Shown here one piece after another: positions 51,162 to 63,003 of a stretch of 64,000 nucleotides of DNA. Both the position numbers and the translations under genes were made by a program. Origin of the DNA: Phoronis australis (Eukaryota > Animalia > Phoronida); NCBI GenBank assembly GCA_002633005.1, contig NMRA01000134.1, positions 642,045 to 706,044 on the forward strand. The letters run 5' to 3'. Each line of letters begins with the position of its first letter. Within the stretch, counting starts at the first letter, position 1. The notes under the pieces were generated by a model. The model searched no databases. It was not told the DNA's origin and was given only the letters and a program-made list of their open reading frames with translations.

Positions 51162-54100
51162 TCACTGCAATCAAAAATCTGTTAGTTTTCAAAAATCCAT
51201 CGCAGGTGTTTTTACCTGTGCGTAAACAAGCCTTTATCAAGTTAGGGATTTGTGTAAACACCAAATCAAAACATGTTTATAAAGCATCAAAACGATCAGT
51301 TTTGATGCAAAAACACGCCTAGAGCAGTATATTCAGGCTCCCAAACAATTTCACCCTTTGTCAAAATTGAAATTGTTATGACTAAGATGTACGCCAAATA
51401 AATGTCATGTGATGGGTCTCTGGCTCCCTTCCCAAGTCCAAAATCATTTTTCCAACGAACAAGGAACATGTCTACCAGATAAGAAGTCTATAATTCAAAA
51501 GTACTTGTTTTGACACCAAAAATCAAGGAAGGCATGCAGTGCTTTATAGCATGCAAGAGAGGTGCATGACAAAGACCTTCTGCTACAATAGCCTATCAGT
51601 TTTCCATTTGGCCCCCATGATAATTACAAAAAGCCACGGATTGACAAACCCTTTTGCCTCGCAGCCCCATTTTGTACGAATGAGTGCTACATGTACTAAA
51701 TGTTTTTAACTGACGTAACATCTCTATGTGCTTGTTTTAATTTTATCTCAGCAGAACATAGTGGCAACTGTTTTTCCATTTAATAATTTCATTGGGAATG
51801 TTCAAACTAAGTACTGTCTGTGTATAGATACTTTAGAAATAAAATTAATGACTAGAGAATTCTGTAGTTGAAAAGGTGCTCACATTGTTGAACGAATATC
51901 TCAAAAGACGTAATTAACTCTTGCAATTGAAAAAAAACACAATAGTATGCACACTGCACTTTTCTGGTGTCTTTGATACCACAACTGAGAACTACAGCAG
52001 ACTACAAAAAACCACAATGCCTGGGGAAAAATATAAGTAAAACAAAATATTCTAGGACCATAGGTGCATCTGGCCTTTGTTGTTTGGAGTGGGGCATGTG
52101 ATATATAGATTTGTCCCAATTCATCAACCTACGTCAAAATACGAGTAAATATCGATTTCTCACAACGATGTGACTTAGAGGCACCCTTCCGGACCCAACC
52201 AAAACAATTTCAGGGTTTACATTAACATTTTCCTTAGAAAATTGTGGTTGGCACGGTTGGCACCACACTTGCGACAACATAGAGCTAACAGTGGATACAT
52301 CATGTAAACAAAAAGATGGAATTTACTGTTTGAGAAAAGGAGATCAATTTTACAAAGTTACATCCTGCATCAAAATTCATTAAAAAGTAAATTTCTTATA
52401 AGAATTTGTAAAAATTGTTCATGAATAAGAACTTTTACTTGGGTTTTCGCATAAACGTGTAAATCAGACAGCAATGAACCCTGAGGTGCAACATCTATTG
52501 AATGAATGCCTACAATTGACAAGAGCATTTCCATCCAGTCCAGGGAGGCTCATGGGAGTTGAAGTATCCTATGGGGAACCTCCTTCAAGAAACATTCTGA
52601 ATTTAGGTTTGAGTGAATTCGGAGGTAGTTCGTTATGGTTTTAGTGTAAAACCTTGTTTTACAAAATCAAAGAAACCACCGAGTAAAAGTTGGAGAAAAT
52701 ACTAAAAAACACAAGCAGTGTCTCAGGAAAACTATAAATAATGGTTTAGTAATAATGATCTTCAAAAAGATTTTTGCAATTCTTCGCGCAAAAATATCAA
52801 CAATATTGCTAGAACCACACAATCAAGTGTTGTTCACAAACAGTGGTCTTCAAGATTACCAAGTTTTAAATTTTATTCCTCCAATTCTGGCCAATGCTAT
52901 CACATGGTTCTATTTATTAGTTCTCTTTTGTTTTGATGCTGAGGTACTTTTAAGATAATGTGATTTTATTGGGTAACTGGAATTCCATCTACTTCCTGTG
53001 TGAAAAGCTGACAATAGGTTCTCTTTTTCATCGAAATTATATCTCTTCCATATGCACCCTCTGTAATGCGTTCCCGTGTTGGCTGCAGCACTAATTTTTT
53101 TCTTATTTTGCCCAACTTTTCCATAATTCATGTCTGAATGGGGCAGGCATTCCCCCCACCTGGTATGCCTATTGACTAGGACAACACATCAAAAGCAGAC
53201 AGTGCTACAAAGTACTTTGACAAGTCTAGGCATGTTTGATCACAAAAGCCAACAATTTCTTTAACAACAGGGCTGCATGCTATAAGGCTAGATGACTTTG
53301 GCAAGATCACTCAAGTATTCACCAGATATTGCCTCACATGACACGTAAAATACTGATCTCACAAGGGAATACACCCATTGTGGGTGCCACGGTATGAGTG
53401 ATGGCCCTGTAATGGTGCTGCTCAATTGATTTACTTGTGATTGATACAGTAAAGTAATATGTATGGAAACAGTTGTCAATAATAGATTGTATACATATAC
53501 ACAGCCAAAATTGCATTTTTACCTTAGTATACAAATTACAGGTTAGCTGCATGACCAAAAAAGAAAAGAGTCAATTATTGGTTTTCCGTTTTTGTAAAAT
53601 CTAAACATTACTTACATTTTTTGTTTCCCAACGTCACTTGCAAAGTGCAGAGTACAGAACATTAGAAAAAGAGACTGAATTTTAGATTTCTCTTTTACGA
53701 ACATTTGTGATAAGCTACTACTGGAGGACAACGCAACACTCTCAAATCTTTTTGGATGTTGACTACTGGTCTAGTCAGGCTGCGCTTATCGCTTTACTAG
53801 AAATAACAAGTACTACAGAGTTGTTAGTGCAAAAAGATGAAATGCTGTTCCTCTAACATCAACAAAGACGATTTTTATTTTCTGCTTTGCAAATTAATAG
53901 AAAAAACGTCTTTCGATCTATGGGTGTCAGTTGCAATTTCGGGTCACATTTTAACAAATCATTAATGGACTCAATTGTCAAAGTTTCCATTTTTTGAAAA
54001 AAAAATTGGCTCACTTTTCTATTTTTTAATATCGGTCAATCCATACATACACCTTAACAGTTCATTATCAAATATTAGCCAGCTCCATTGATTAAAACTG

Positions 54101-54548
54101 ACTACAAATGTTCAACTGAAGTCAAAGTTGAATGTGAACTGCTTTTTGAAAAAAAAATCTCCCGAGTCGTGTACAGTACGTCCGTGCAGTACCCAACGAA
54201 ACTGGCTAACGTGGCTTAGCCTTAAGTAGCATGAACCATTATTTTGAGCCATTTCAGTATTTTTTCTATTCCATGGGCAAGTTGACCGATGGCTATTATC
54301 TCTACACATGACGCACAACTTGCGTTATAAAACACTTTTCCACGCTCAACTACCTTTTTATCACGGTGCTTCTTTTCCGAATTTTGCAACTTCTCCACGA
54401 CCTTACGTGGATGTCCACCTTCATGTTGATTTGTATTCATTTCTGCCTCTTTTTTTGAACGTTGCTTGCCACTGTGACCCGAGTACATGTGCTTTTCGAC
54501 GTCGTTGTCATAGTTATAACTTTCGTACTCGTCCCCCTCTTGATCCAT
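51162..54548 (-). CDS. NUPR1: Nuclear protein 1 (p8), 65 aa; exons 54548-54354 and 51164-51162 (TGA)
   Basis: MDQEGDEYESYNYDNDVEKHMYSGHSGKQRSKKEAEMNTNQHEGGHPRKVVEKLQNSEKKHRDKK has the p8 signature (GKxRxKKEA...TN...GHxRKxxxKLQNxE). Donor AAG|gtagtt; candidate acceptor ctaacagatttttgattgcag|TGA. Confidence 0.88.
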
Positions 54549-54630
54549 TTTGCTCTCACTTCAGCTGCAACTTCCCAAAAAATATGCCACGCAGTCGTTT
54601 TCTTCAAATGATGTTGTCGCGAATGAGAAA

Positions 54631-54710
54631 TGGGTCAGGTCAAACTTGCGTCACTCTTTCTGTCTATTTTTAGAATCTTATCAGCTGTCTCGCTTCTGAT
54701 TGGATGACGG
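54631..54710 (-). promoter_or_regulatory. Putative NUPR1 proximal promoter motifs
   Basis: TGACGCAA (C/EBP-ATF-like, 54646-54653, minus strand), CCAAT (~54699-54703, minus strand) and GGGTCAGGTCA nuclear-receptor half-sites (54632-54642). Confidence 0.35.
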
Positions 54711-55159
54711 AGACAGACACACCATGTGACTTTTGTTATTGTCGCGTATGGGCACACGTGGGTTTGCGATCATCCTGTAGTCAGTCCACGAAGGAACAGT
54801 ACATATGACCCCCCGCCCCCTGCGAAATATGTTTCGTAGGGGAGAAGGTTGGAGACTTCCCTCCATAAAAATTTGGAACTACAATAGGTTTCAATTGAAA
54901 TGTTTTATTTATCACTTCATGGGTATTTTGTGAAGAAAAGAACAGGTGTGCGTCCGGTGGCATCAAGGCAGCTCGGTAACGACGGGGAACTGAAGTCTCG
55001 GAAAACGTTCGGCAGGTACACAAAAAACAGAAAATTATCCCAGGGTGCTATATTCAAAACAGATGGGTACTTATACAGAAATTACAATCAATCCTAAAGC
55101 ATAAAAATATGTTCTTGGCAACTTCGTCCTTTGTAGTTTGAGTGGGCTGGACACTTCAG

Positions 55160-55284
55160 GATGCGGCGCACCATAGGGGGCTGGGGGGCTATAGCCCCCC
55201 ACTTTTTTCAGTGCAGTGCCGTTCATGGTCTATAGGCGGCGCACCAAAGGGGAGCTGGGGGGCTTTAGCCCCCCACTATTTTTT
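55160..55284. mobile_element. Short GC-rich MITE-like relic with a duplicated end
   Basis: gcggcgcacca..gggggct.tagccccc occurs twice and ends tgcgccgcccatg (inverted relative to ggcggcgca). Confidence 0.55.
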
Positions 55285-57289
55285 TCACTGCTGCGCCGCC
55301 CATGTGAGGTTGTGTTTGGTCACTGCGGTGCGGTACGTCGGTACTGAAAACATAACACAGCTAATTTTTTTATCATTTAGCTGTGTACTTCAAACTACAC
55401 TTTAGAATAATGCGCAACAGTGCAAACCAGATGTGTCCCCCCACTTCGTCAGAGGCCAACGAGTGTACTGGCCAGGTACGACGGTCCCCTTCTCTAACTG
55501 TCCAGTTTACAGAAAAAGATGAGACATTCAGGGAGGAAGAAAACACACAGTCGATGTTTAAAATATTTAAAATAACTACAATGGATAAGAGTGATTAACT
55601 GTGAATTGACTGCAACCACTTCGGAGATCATTTCACACAAACTCACTTTAAAAATGTACTCAAGAGCCAAAGAATTTCCAATTGTCTTTTCCCCTTGCAT
55701 TTCTTACGACTATGGAATTGAGACAAGCCTGGTAAACGGTAAGTGGGAGTCACAAGTTTTGCTATCACCTTTATTTTAATTTATCCCCTCTTCCGTGATG
55801 ACGTGCGTGTTAGTGGATAATCAGTACATCTCACGTGAAAAAATAAATATGTTTTTCCACTACAGAGTTCGGTAAGTTTACCATTGTCAGATTTAGTACG
55901 AAAGGTAGCCGTTGTATGACGTTTTACATGGATACAAATACTTCGAAACTTGGTTGAGTGAATCGATATAGCGGCCCTCGCAGAGATATACGCTGCTGTT
56001 TAGTGTGTTGGGTTCGAAGGGTGCTTTACCTGACACGATTGTTTTGGTTAGTAATCGCGTTATCAATCTACATTGATGCCTAACGTCTGCGATGTCTCTA
56101 ATTAATGACGTTCCTTGAGTAAACTACTTATTTTTTATTGTCCCTGCAGGCGTTCAGCTGTTCAGGCTGTGGTTAGTGTGGTAGGCCTAATATGTAACCT
56201 CTGGTTCCCGGGCCTCACAAGATGACGTCACGGATAACCAATCTCGTGGGTCTGTGCAGGAGACTAGCCTAATGTGCTGGTCACAAAGATGATGTCAATA
56301 CACCAGTCGACTGTGATACTATCAAGAAAATGAGAGGGGGGCATAAAATGTGTAATAACTAATTAGTGGATATGTGGAATAAAACGAAACAAAGATATGT
56401 TGCACAAAAGTACGCGTATTTAACATATCTAAAAGGCAATTGGCTCATTTTACGCTGTCATTAATGAGCAGGACTTGCAATGTGATTTATGTTCCTGAAT
56501 TTCAACGATCTTAGGACCATTTCATTAATAACTCTTCTCATTAACATCCAACGTTCTCAAAAAATTCTTCACTTTAATTTCAATTTTTAAACAAGATTTG
56601 AGCTTTGAAACTTTTAATAAAATATCAAATACAGCAAAACGTCTGGCTGCCAGTCATTTGTTATTGTTACCCGAATCATTTGTTATTGTTACCAGAACAG
56701 TTGAGTGGGCCAGGCGGGTGAAAACCTTTTGTCTCCTCTTTACTCCCAACATTCTGGCTGGGTGCACTCTTGCAATTTGGTAAAAAAAAACAAACTATTA
56801 TTGTGATACTATTGGAAAAAGTAACATTATGTTATAAATATCAGTCGGAAATAGTCATTTTGTGTAATTCCCAAATAGTGGTCATCACGTTCTTCAAAAT
56901 TCCACCTTTTCGATGGCGGTCAATCTTATTGTATTTTTCACATTTTGGATTTTTGGGTCGAATGTCTTGATACTGCTGTATTGCGCACGAATGTTTTGTG
57001 TTTTGGGTGAATTTGGAATCTCAGCTTCCCCTCGTGAATACTTGGCGGTGTCGGATTTACATGTATAGAGGGTCAAAGGGACAATTCCCCTGAACCGCCC
57101 CACCGAGAGAGGGTCCCGTCTGAAATAGAACACATACAGATGAAAGGCTAAACATCACTAAGCTTGGAAAAGAGTGTCAGTTCATTTCATCGTCGCCTGA
57201 CCCTGCAAGAAAGGACCTTCCTTAACATGAAAGCCGGTTCTTCGATATACAAAAAATAGGGAAACAGAGGTAACCCGTGTCAACATTTG

Positions 57290-57364
57290 GCCCTCTCTCC
57301 GTGAGCCGCCCCTCTCCCCGTGAGCCGCCCCTCCGTCTCCGTGAGCCGCCCCTCTCTCCGTGAG
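57290..57364. repeat. About 19-bp GC-rich tandem repeat
   Basis: gcccctctctccgtgagcc x about 4. Confidence 0.85.
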
Positions 57365-58163
57365 ATGTCCCTTAAGAATTTGTCAGTAAAAACAGGAAAA
57401 GGGTGGCCACTTGAATGTCATCAATGTCTCCCTTCAAGGGCTGGGCCACTAAATGTGAAAAGATATATATTTTCAAAGATCAGGGAATGCGCAGCAATTG
57501 ATGTTATCTGTCAGGTCATCAAATTTTCTCAATTGATATACAATTTCAAGACAAAAAAATTGAGCGACAGTCGTCTCCGTTATCCGTAGGAGCCTCTGAA
57601 AAAGTATAGTTTTGCATTCGCAAGATTGTCTTATTGAATTTAAAATGTTCTCGATTTTTAAAAAAAAATATTAAGTGCACGTTTTCAAGTGCGTTTAGAC
57701 GACCTATGCGGCAAAACGGAGACCCTAACAATGTCCTGGCCACTCAGGGCCCTCAAAGTGTAACCATGCACTGAAACTGAGTTGTCAAATGTTCTCTTGA
57801 ATTGTCTCTCTTATCCGTATTCGACGGTCTTTTCTCGACTGTCCGGGGCTCACGCCTATGTCGGTTGCCACGGTTTAACCATGACGCCGACAATTTTTTT
57901 TGGGGGGGGGGCCCGTGCTCCCCCCCCCCCCCTGCCCAACCCGCTTCCTACGGCCCTGCAAATACTCCTTTCCTGAATGTCACTCCATTTGTCAACAACA
58001 TTTGGAACTTGCCATTTTGTTGTCGTGATGATCGGACGAAGTTCATGTAACAACTTGATTTTGATGGTTAGCATGAGGCATAATTTGCCAAACAACGTAG
58101 AAAATAAATCTGAAACTAAATAAGGCTATCCAGATCCTCCCAAGGATACCATTGTTTCACGAA

Positions 58164-58315
58164 ATGTAGAATATAAATAGGTAAATAAAACAACAAGAAT
58201 GGATCAACTGAAATTTTCGGATGTAATAACGTCCTTTGTTTCTGTTGACAAAGGACGTTATTACATCCGAAAATTTCAGTTGATCCATTCTTGTTTACCT
58301 ATTTATATTCTGCAT
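58164..58315. repeat. Near-perfect 150-bp hairpin with a hammerhead-like motif
   Basis: caagaatggatcaactgaaattttcggatgtaataacgtcctttgt, 8-nt loop, exact reverse complement; outer arms also pair. Confidence 0.92.
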
Positions 58316-58927
58316 AATTTGCCGAAATGCTTCTGGCGTGCGTATAGAGAGCCTATGGGATGGTTACTCTCTGTGACCAGACCAGCTCAGAGATCATGGA
58401 CTTTCTAAGACGTCAAAGCCTTACAATGGGCCAGAACCTCTGATCTGATGGTGGTCCCTCATAAAATCTGGTGAACTCTCAGCGACTAGGCTCCATTCGC
58501 CTACTCACTACTACCTACGTTACTATATTAGCTAACATTTGCTCGTTATGTCTACGCGAAGCGTAGCTCCAGCAGACAAAATTAATTCATGTCAATGGGA
58601 CCCGACCGCGGATTTGAGTGGCGCTGAAAGACAGTATTTTTTATATCCGATAGATGTCGCTTCTATTAATTTCTGTACCTTGGATATTTCACTTTTGAGA
58701 AGCGCCATGTTTTGAAAGCGCGCTTGTAGTTGAAGTCTTTGAAGTCAAGCTGGGATAGAATTACCCTATTTCGTGAAGTTTCGCTCACAAGCAAGGTGAA
58801 GAGACTGCTACGAAGCAACTGCCGTTTAACAAGAATATATCGGAACATCAAAAAGTTGTAGTTTTCACTCAAGGAAGCATGCGTTTGGAAACTGTTTTGT
58901 GACGCTGTGTGTGATACTATCGCCACA

Positions 58928-58983
58928 ATGACAGACATCATGGAATGGTCTGCTGACGACACCAGTGTTAGGGTTGCTTTAAG
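58928..58983 (+). CDS. KIF21: First coding exon of a kinesin motor protein, KIF21-like (3'-partial)
   Basis: gccacaATG...MTDIMEWSADDTSVRVAL AG|gtgagc matches the kinesin N-terminal strand (D-x-S-V-R-V-A-[VL]-R-IRP) with a phase-2 intron in the Arg codon. The next exon was not found in the window. Confidence 0.75.
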
Positions 58984-59678
58984 GTGAGCTGAATAACGCA
59001 GCGTTACTCCAAAGTACCTATTTCAATACTCAGTGTATTTCTATTTCCAGTAGTCTTTTATTTCCAGTGACGAAATGCTCTGTCGACATCGTGGGGAAAA
59101 TTCTAGTTTCACGCTTCATTTTCACGGATTCACAGGTGGCATATGCCTGGTCGGAGACTTGAATTATGACAAGTTCATGTAGATGGCATTTTCCCGTTGT
59201 TGGCACTGTTGTAGTAGAAGCACTTACAAACCTTCCATCACAAAAAACAAACTTTGATCTATACAATTTCCCTTAAAAATTCTTAAAATGAAATTGGTCT
59301 CAAATTGTTCCTTGGCTTAATCGTCAGGTGATTTACCAGAGTAAGCCTGAGGAAGGGCTTTGAAAGACAACATGTTATTGCTTGATACCAGGTGCTACAA
59401 GTTGGCTTGTCACTCCATATCATTCTATGCAAGGAGCATGATTGAATTTAGAAAAATTTTGTCAGTTCCTTGCAAGCCTAGAAATCACTTCTCTGAGTAA
59501 GCAACAAGTTGAGACTAATTTTATAATAGTATATAATTATATATTAGTGGTCTAAATTTAAACTTTGGTTCTTTGACGGAATGCCAATTTATTTCTGCTC
59601 TTAGTGTTGAATTAATTGTCCACAAAAAACGGGAATTTCTTAAATTCTCCTGAGTTCATTTAAATTGAGATAGGAATC

Positions 59679-60299
59679 CAGTGGCGGATCTAGGATATCA
59701 CAAGGGGGGGGGGCCAACATTTTGTCTAGCTGTAAGCATTTGCGCAAAGTGAACCACAATTGTAGATGCGCATAGCACTGAATGGGGGGAGGTCAGGAGG
59801 GGGGTTTGCCTCCCTCCCGCTCAGGAAATTTTTCTGTTTTTACCTCTAAAAATCAAGCATTTTCCTTGATTCCTGAAGTATTATCCTAGAAAAAAAGGCA
59901 AAAAAAAACTGAGAACGTGTCAAACAGGAAAAACATCAAGTTCCAAAGAATCGAACTCACGACCTGGCGGTTATGGCGCGCGTGCATTACCACTACACCA
60001 CCACGATTTAACTACTATTCTCATACTAAGAGACCTACTTGTTTATGGTCCACAGCGTTTGCGCGCGAAACCTACTTCTTTTTGTAATGCTTATTACACG
60101 TTTTATATTTTGTGCCATTAATTCTTAACAAATTTGTCGTATTTAAAGTAGTCTTCAAATGCCCAAAAGACCAAATCCGTTTTTCGTGTTGGCAATAATG
60201 ACATTTCCCTACGCTCTTACTGCTTTATTTTTTTTTTGCGGCAGCCAAGGGGGGTGGGGGGCGGGACCCCTGGGCCCCCCGCTCCTAAATCCGCCTGTG
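59679..60299. mobile_element. 621-bp non-autonomous DNA transposon with a 5-bp target-site duplication
   Basis: TIRs cagtggcggatctagga and tcctaaatccgcctgtg; GAATC on both flanks (59674-59678, 60300-60304). Confidence 0.8.
59940..60005 (-). pseudogene. tRNA-Met(CAT)-like pseudogene or SINE head inside the MITE
   Basis: Minus strand GTGGTGGTGTAGTGGTAATGCACGCGCGCCATAACCGCCAGGTCGTGAGTTCGATTCT has an A box, CAT-AA loop and B box GTTCGATTC; acceptor and T stems do not pair. Confidence 0.65.
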
Positions 60300-61565
60300 G
60301 AATCATTGATTTATTCATAGATTTGATTGTGATGACTCGTGGTGTTCTTTCTGTACATGCCAAGATTTCAGTTGTTGTTACAGAAAATTGCTTATGTTTT
60401 GTGGCTAAACATTTTTCGAATCTGAAGTTGTTGATTTAATTCAAAATTCTAGTTCTAGTCTTTAATACCGAACAATTATTAAAATTATTTGTGTTTGATT
60501 AAGTCTGTTTCGTCAGTCTTGGCACATCCAGAAGTGGGAGCCAAGTTATTGTCATGAAAACGTGTTCGTTGGAATCATCCCTAAAGCTCCTTTGTTTTCA
60601 TGCAGTTTTGATAATAGATACTACAAATGTTCTGTTAATTCATAATTGTTGAGCCATTTCCTATCTGCACCAGATACATGACTCCTGTACACTCGGAACA
60701 GGTGTCATAACACCAACAGATGTTCGCATTCCTCCTCCAGTGTGCCAGCATGCCATCTACTTTTTAAGTGGAACGATTGTTTTGCACTCACTGCTGGTAA
60801 CATTTGTTTGACACTCTAATAGTACGGTAATTGAAACAATTCTTTCCTCTGGAATAAGTCCAGGAAGGAAGTACTGGAGTAGTGTGTACAGCAAGTGTCT
60901 GAGTGCATGAACACGTGTCTAAGATTTCCTGAAGGGGATGGACAAAACTTGCTACATAGCTCAATGATGATTTACTACCGTGTATAACTGTGCCGAAATG
61001 TTTTGTTTAAGGTCTAAACTTAGGTTAGTTTTCACAAATATCAAAGTCTTATTTTTTTCTGTGTATTTGGTTTGATTTTTAATTGACTTTGCATAATATT
61101 TCGTTTTTAACTTCCCCGCAGAAAGGTCACAATTAGTCATGGATAGATGTTTCAGATTATGTGTTTATATTTCAAAGTCTCACTCTAATGTACTGTCCAC
61201 ACCAAACTGGTCGTAACACTTAAACTCTTTGAGTCTTGGCACTTTGGAACCACCTTTAAAGTTGTAACTGTAGATTGGTTACAACCTTCTGTTATTGTGA
61301 GAGTGGTTTAGAGAGAGGTTATACTGTTGTAACTCAGTGTGAACAGGGTGAACATGACAATTGTAAAAGTTATAACTGTAGGTGGTGCTGCTGTCAAATC
61401 CATAAACATGGGATACAACTGTTATAACTGGGCTTGGTAAGGATTGCAGAATAGTTACAACTATGGAAAGGTTTTGTTGGTCTGAGCACAGCTCTAGTCA
61501 ACCAACCAACAGCCCATTGTGCATTTGTAGGCTTTTTTTAATCTTTTGACTTCTTTCAGAGCATT

Positions 61566-61838
61566 GGAAATCTCAGAATAACTAGTACTCCTGATCCTGA
61601 GAAGGGCAATCTCAAAATAACTGGCACCTTTGGTTCTGAGAAGGGAAATCTCTAACTAACTGGTAGCCCTGGTCCTGAGAAGGGAAATCTCAAAATAACT
61701 GGAATCCCTGGTCTTGAGAAGGGAAATCTCAAAATATAAGTGGTACCGCTGGTTCTGAGAAGGGAAATCTCAAAATAACTGGTACTCCTGGTCCTGAGAA
61801 GGAAAATCTCAAAAATATTTGGTGCTTCCGGTCCTGAA
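61566..61838. repeat. 39-bp minisatellite, about 7 copies
   Basis: ggaaatctcaaaataactggtactcctggtcctgagaag. Confidence 0.92.
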
Positions 61839-62763
61839 AATGATAATGTTACATAAGTGTGGCACCAGTGGGAAAACGAAAGTTGACCGTTCAACAGTTT
61901 CACTTGTATCCTGTTGCATCAAGCAGTTGACTGAGGTATCATTTTTTGCTATGCTATAAGTTGGCAGGCAATAGCACATTAAGATTTCTGATGACTCAGT
62001 ATGGTGTCTACAGCAATAGAAATGAACAAAATAATGAATCAGGGACGTTGGAAGCATTGGCAGTGTGAATAGAATTGGCTTTGGCTACAAGCAGTGCAAA
62101 ATCATGGTAAACTGTCGCCTTTGTATTTTGAGTGCCTTACAAGATGAGAGAGCTCATTCAAAATCCAATTCTCCTTCAGGAAACTCAGTCCCACTGAGAT
62201 CTGCCTCAGAGGAGCACTCTTATTCTGGGCACTTGTCATACCTTGAAGGTGTCAGTACAACACACCTGTGGCTCTAGTCTAGAGAGATATTGACAGTTAT
62301 TTATTCACCTGCTTACTACTCAGGGTCCTGTTTTATCAGAAGTCAATCAGTTCATTAACACAGCTATGTGGCTTGTGAGGACAGCAATAAAAATGCAGAT
62401 ACAAATTTGCATAATGTTGTTGTTCTTACAGCCACAACCAAGCCTATGAACTTTCATAAAATAGACCCGTGGGGAAGGGGTTGGGGGTTGCCCTTTTGAA
62501 CCTTGAATGGTGTGTCCAGTTGATGTTAATGTAACAATTGAGTGGGGGGGGGTGGTAGTTTCAGTTCATGGTTCTTCTGGCCCTTGTGTCTTGTCATCAC
62601 TGCTCAGTTATGAATAGGGAGGTGTCCAGTGACACACCTACGCTTGTGAGATGGGATGGATTTGTTGTGCTACCATTTTCAATTGTTTCGTTGTCCTTAG
62701 AGCAATACTGAGTTTTTTATGATAAAGAAAACCTTGATGGCTAACGAAAGCGAAAAGTATGAT

Positions 62764-62932
62764 GCACACACACAGACACAGACACAGACAGACACACAGA
62801 CACACAGACACAGACAGACACAGACACAGACACACAGACACACATACACACATACACACAAACACACAGACACACAGACACACAGACACACAGACAGACA
62901 GACACACACACACACAGACACACACACACACA

Positions 62933-62999
<67 letters not shown>

Positions 63000-63003
63000 A
63001 CAC
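62764..63003. repeat. (CA)n/(CAGACA)n compound microsatellite
   Basis: Read directly; explains five low-complexity ORFs. Confidence 0.97.

Noticed and set aside
59940-60005. Functional tRNA-Met gene
   Set aside because: Acceptor and T stems do not pair and the sequence lies inside a MITE.
62065-62277. Ser-rich ORF as kinesin exon 2
   Set aside because: The expected IRP continuation is absent and there are no good splice sites.
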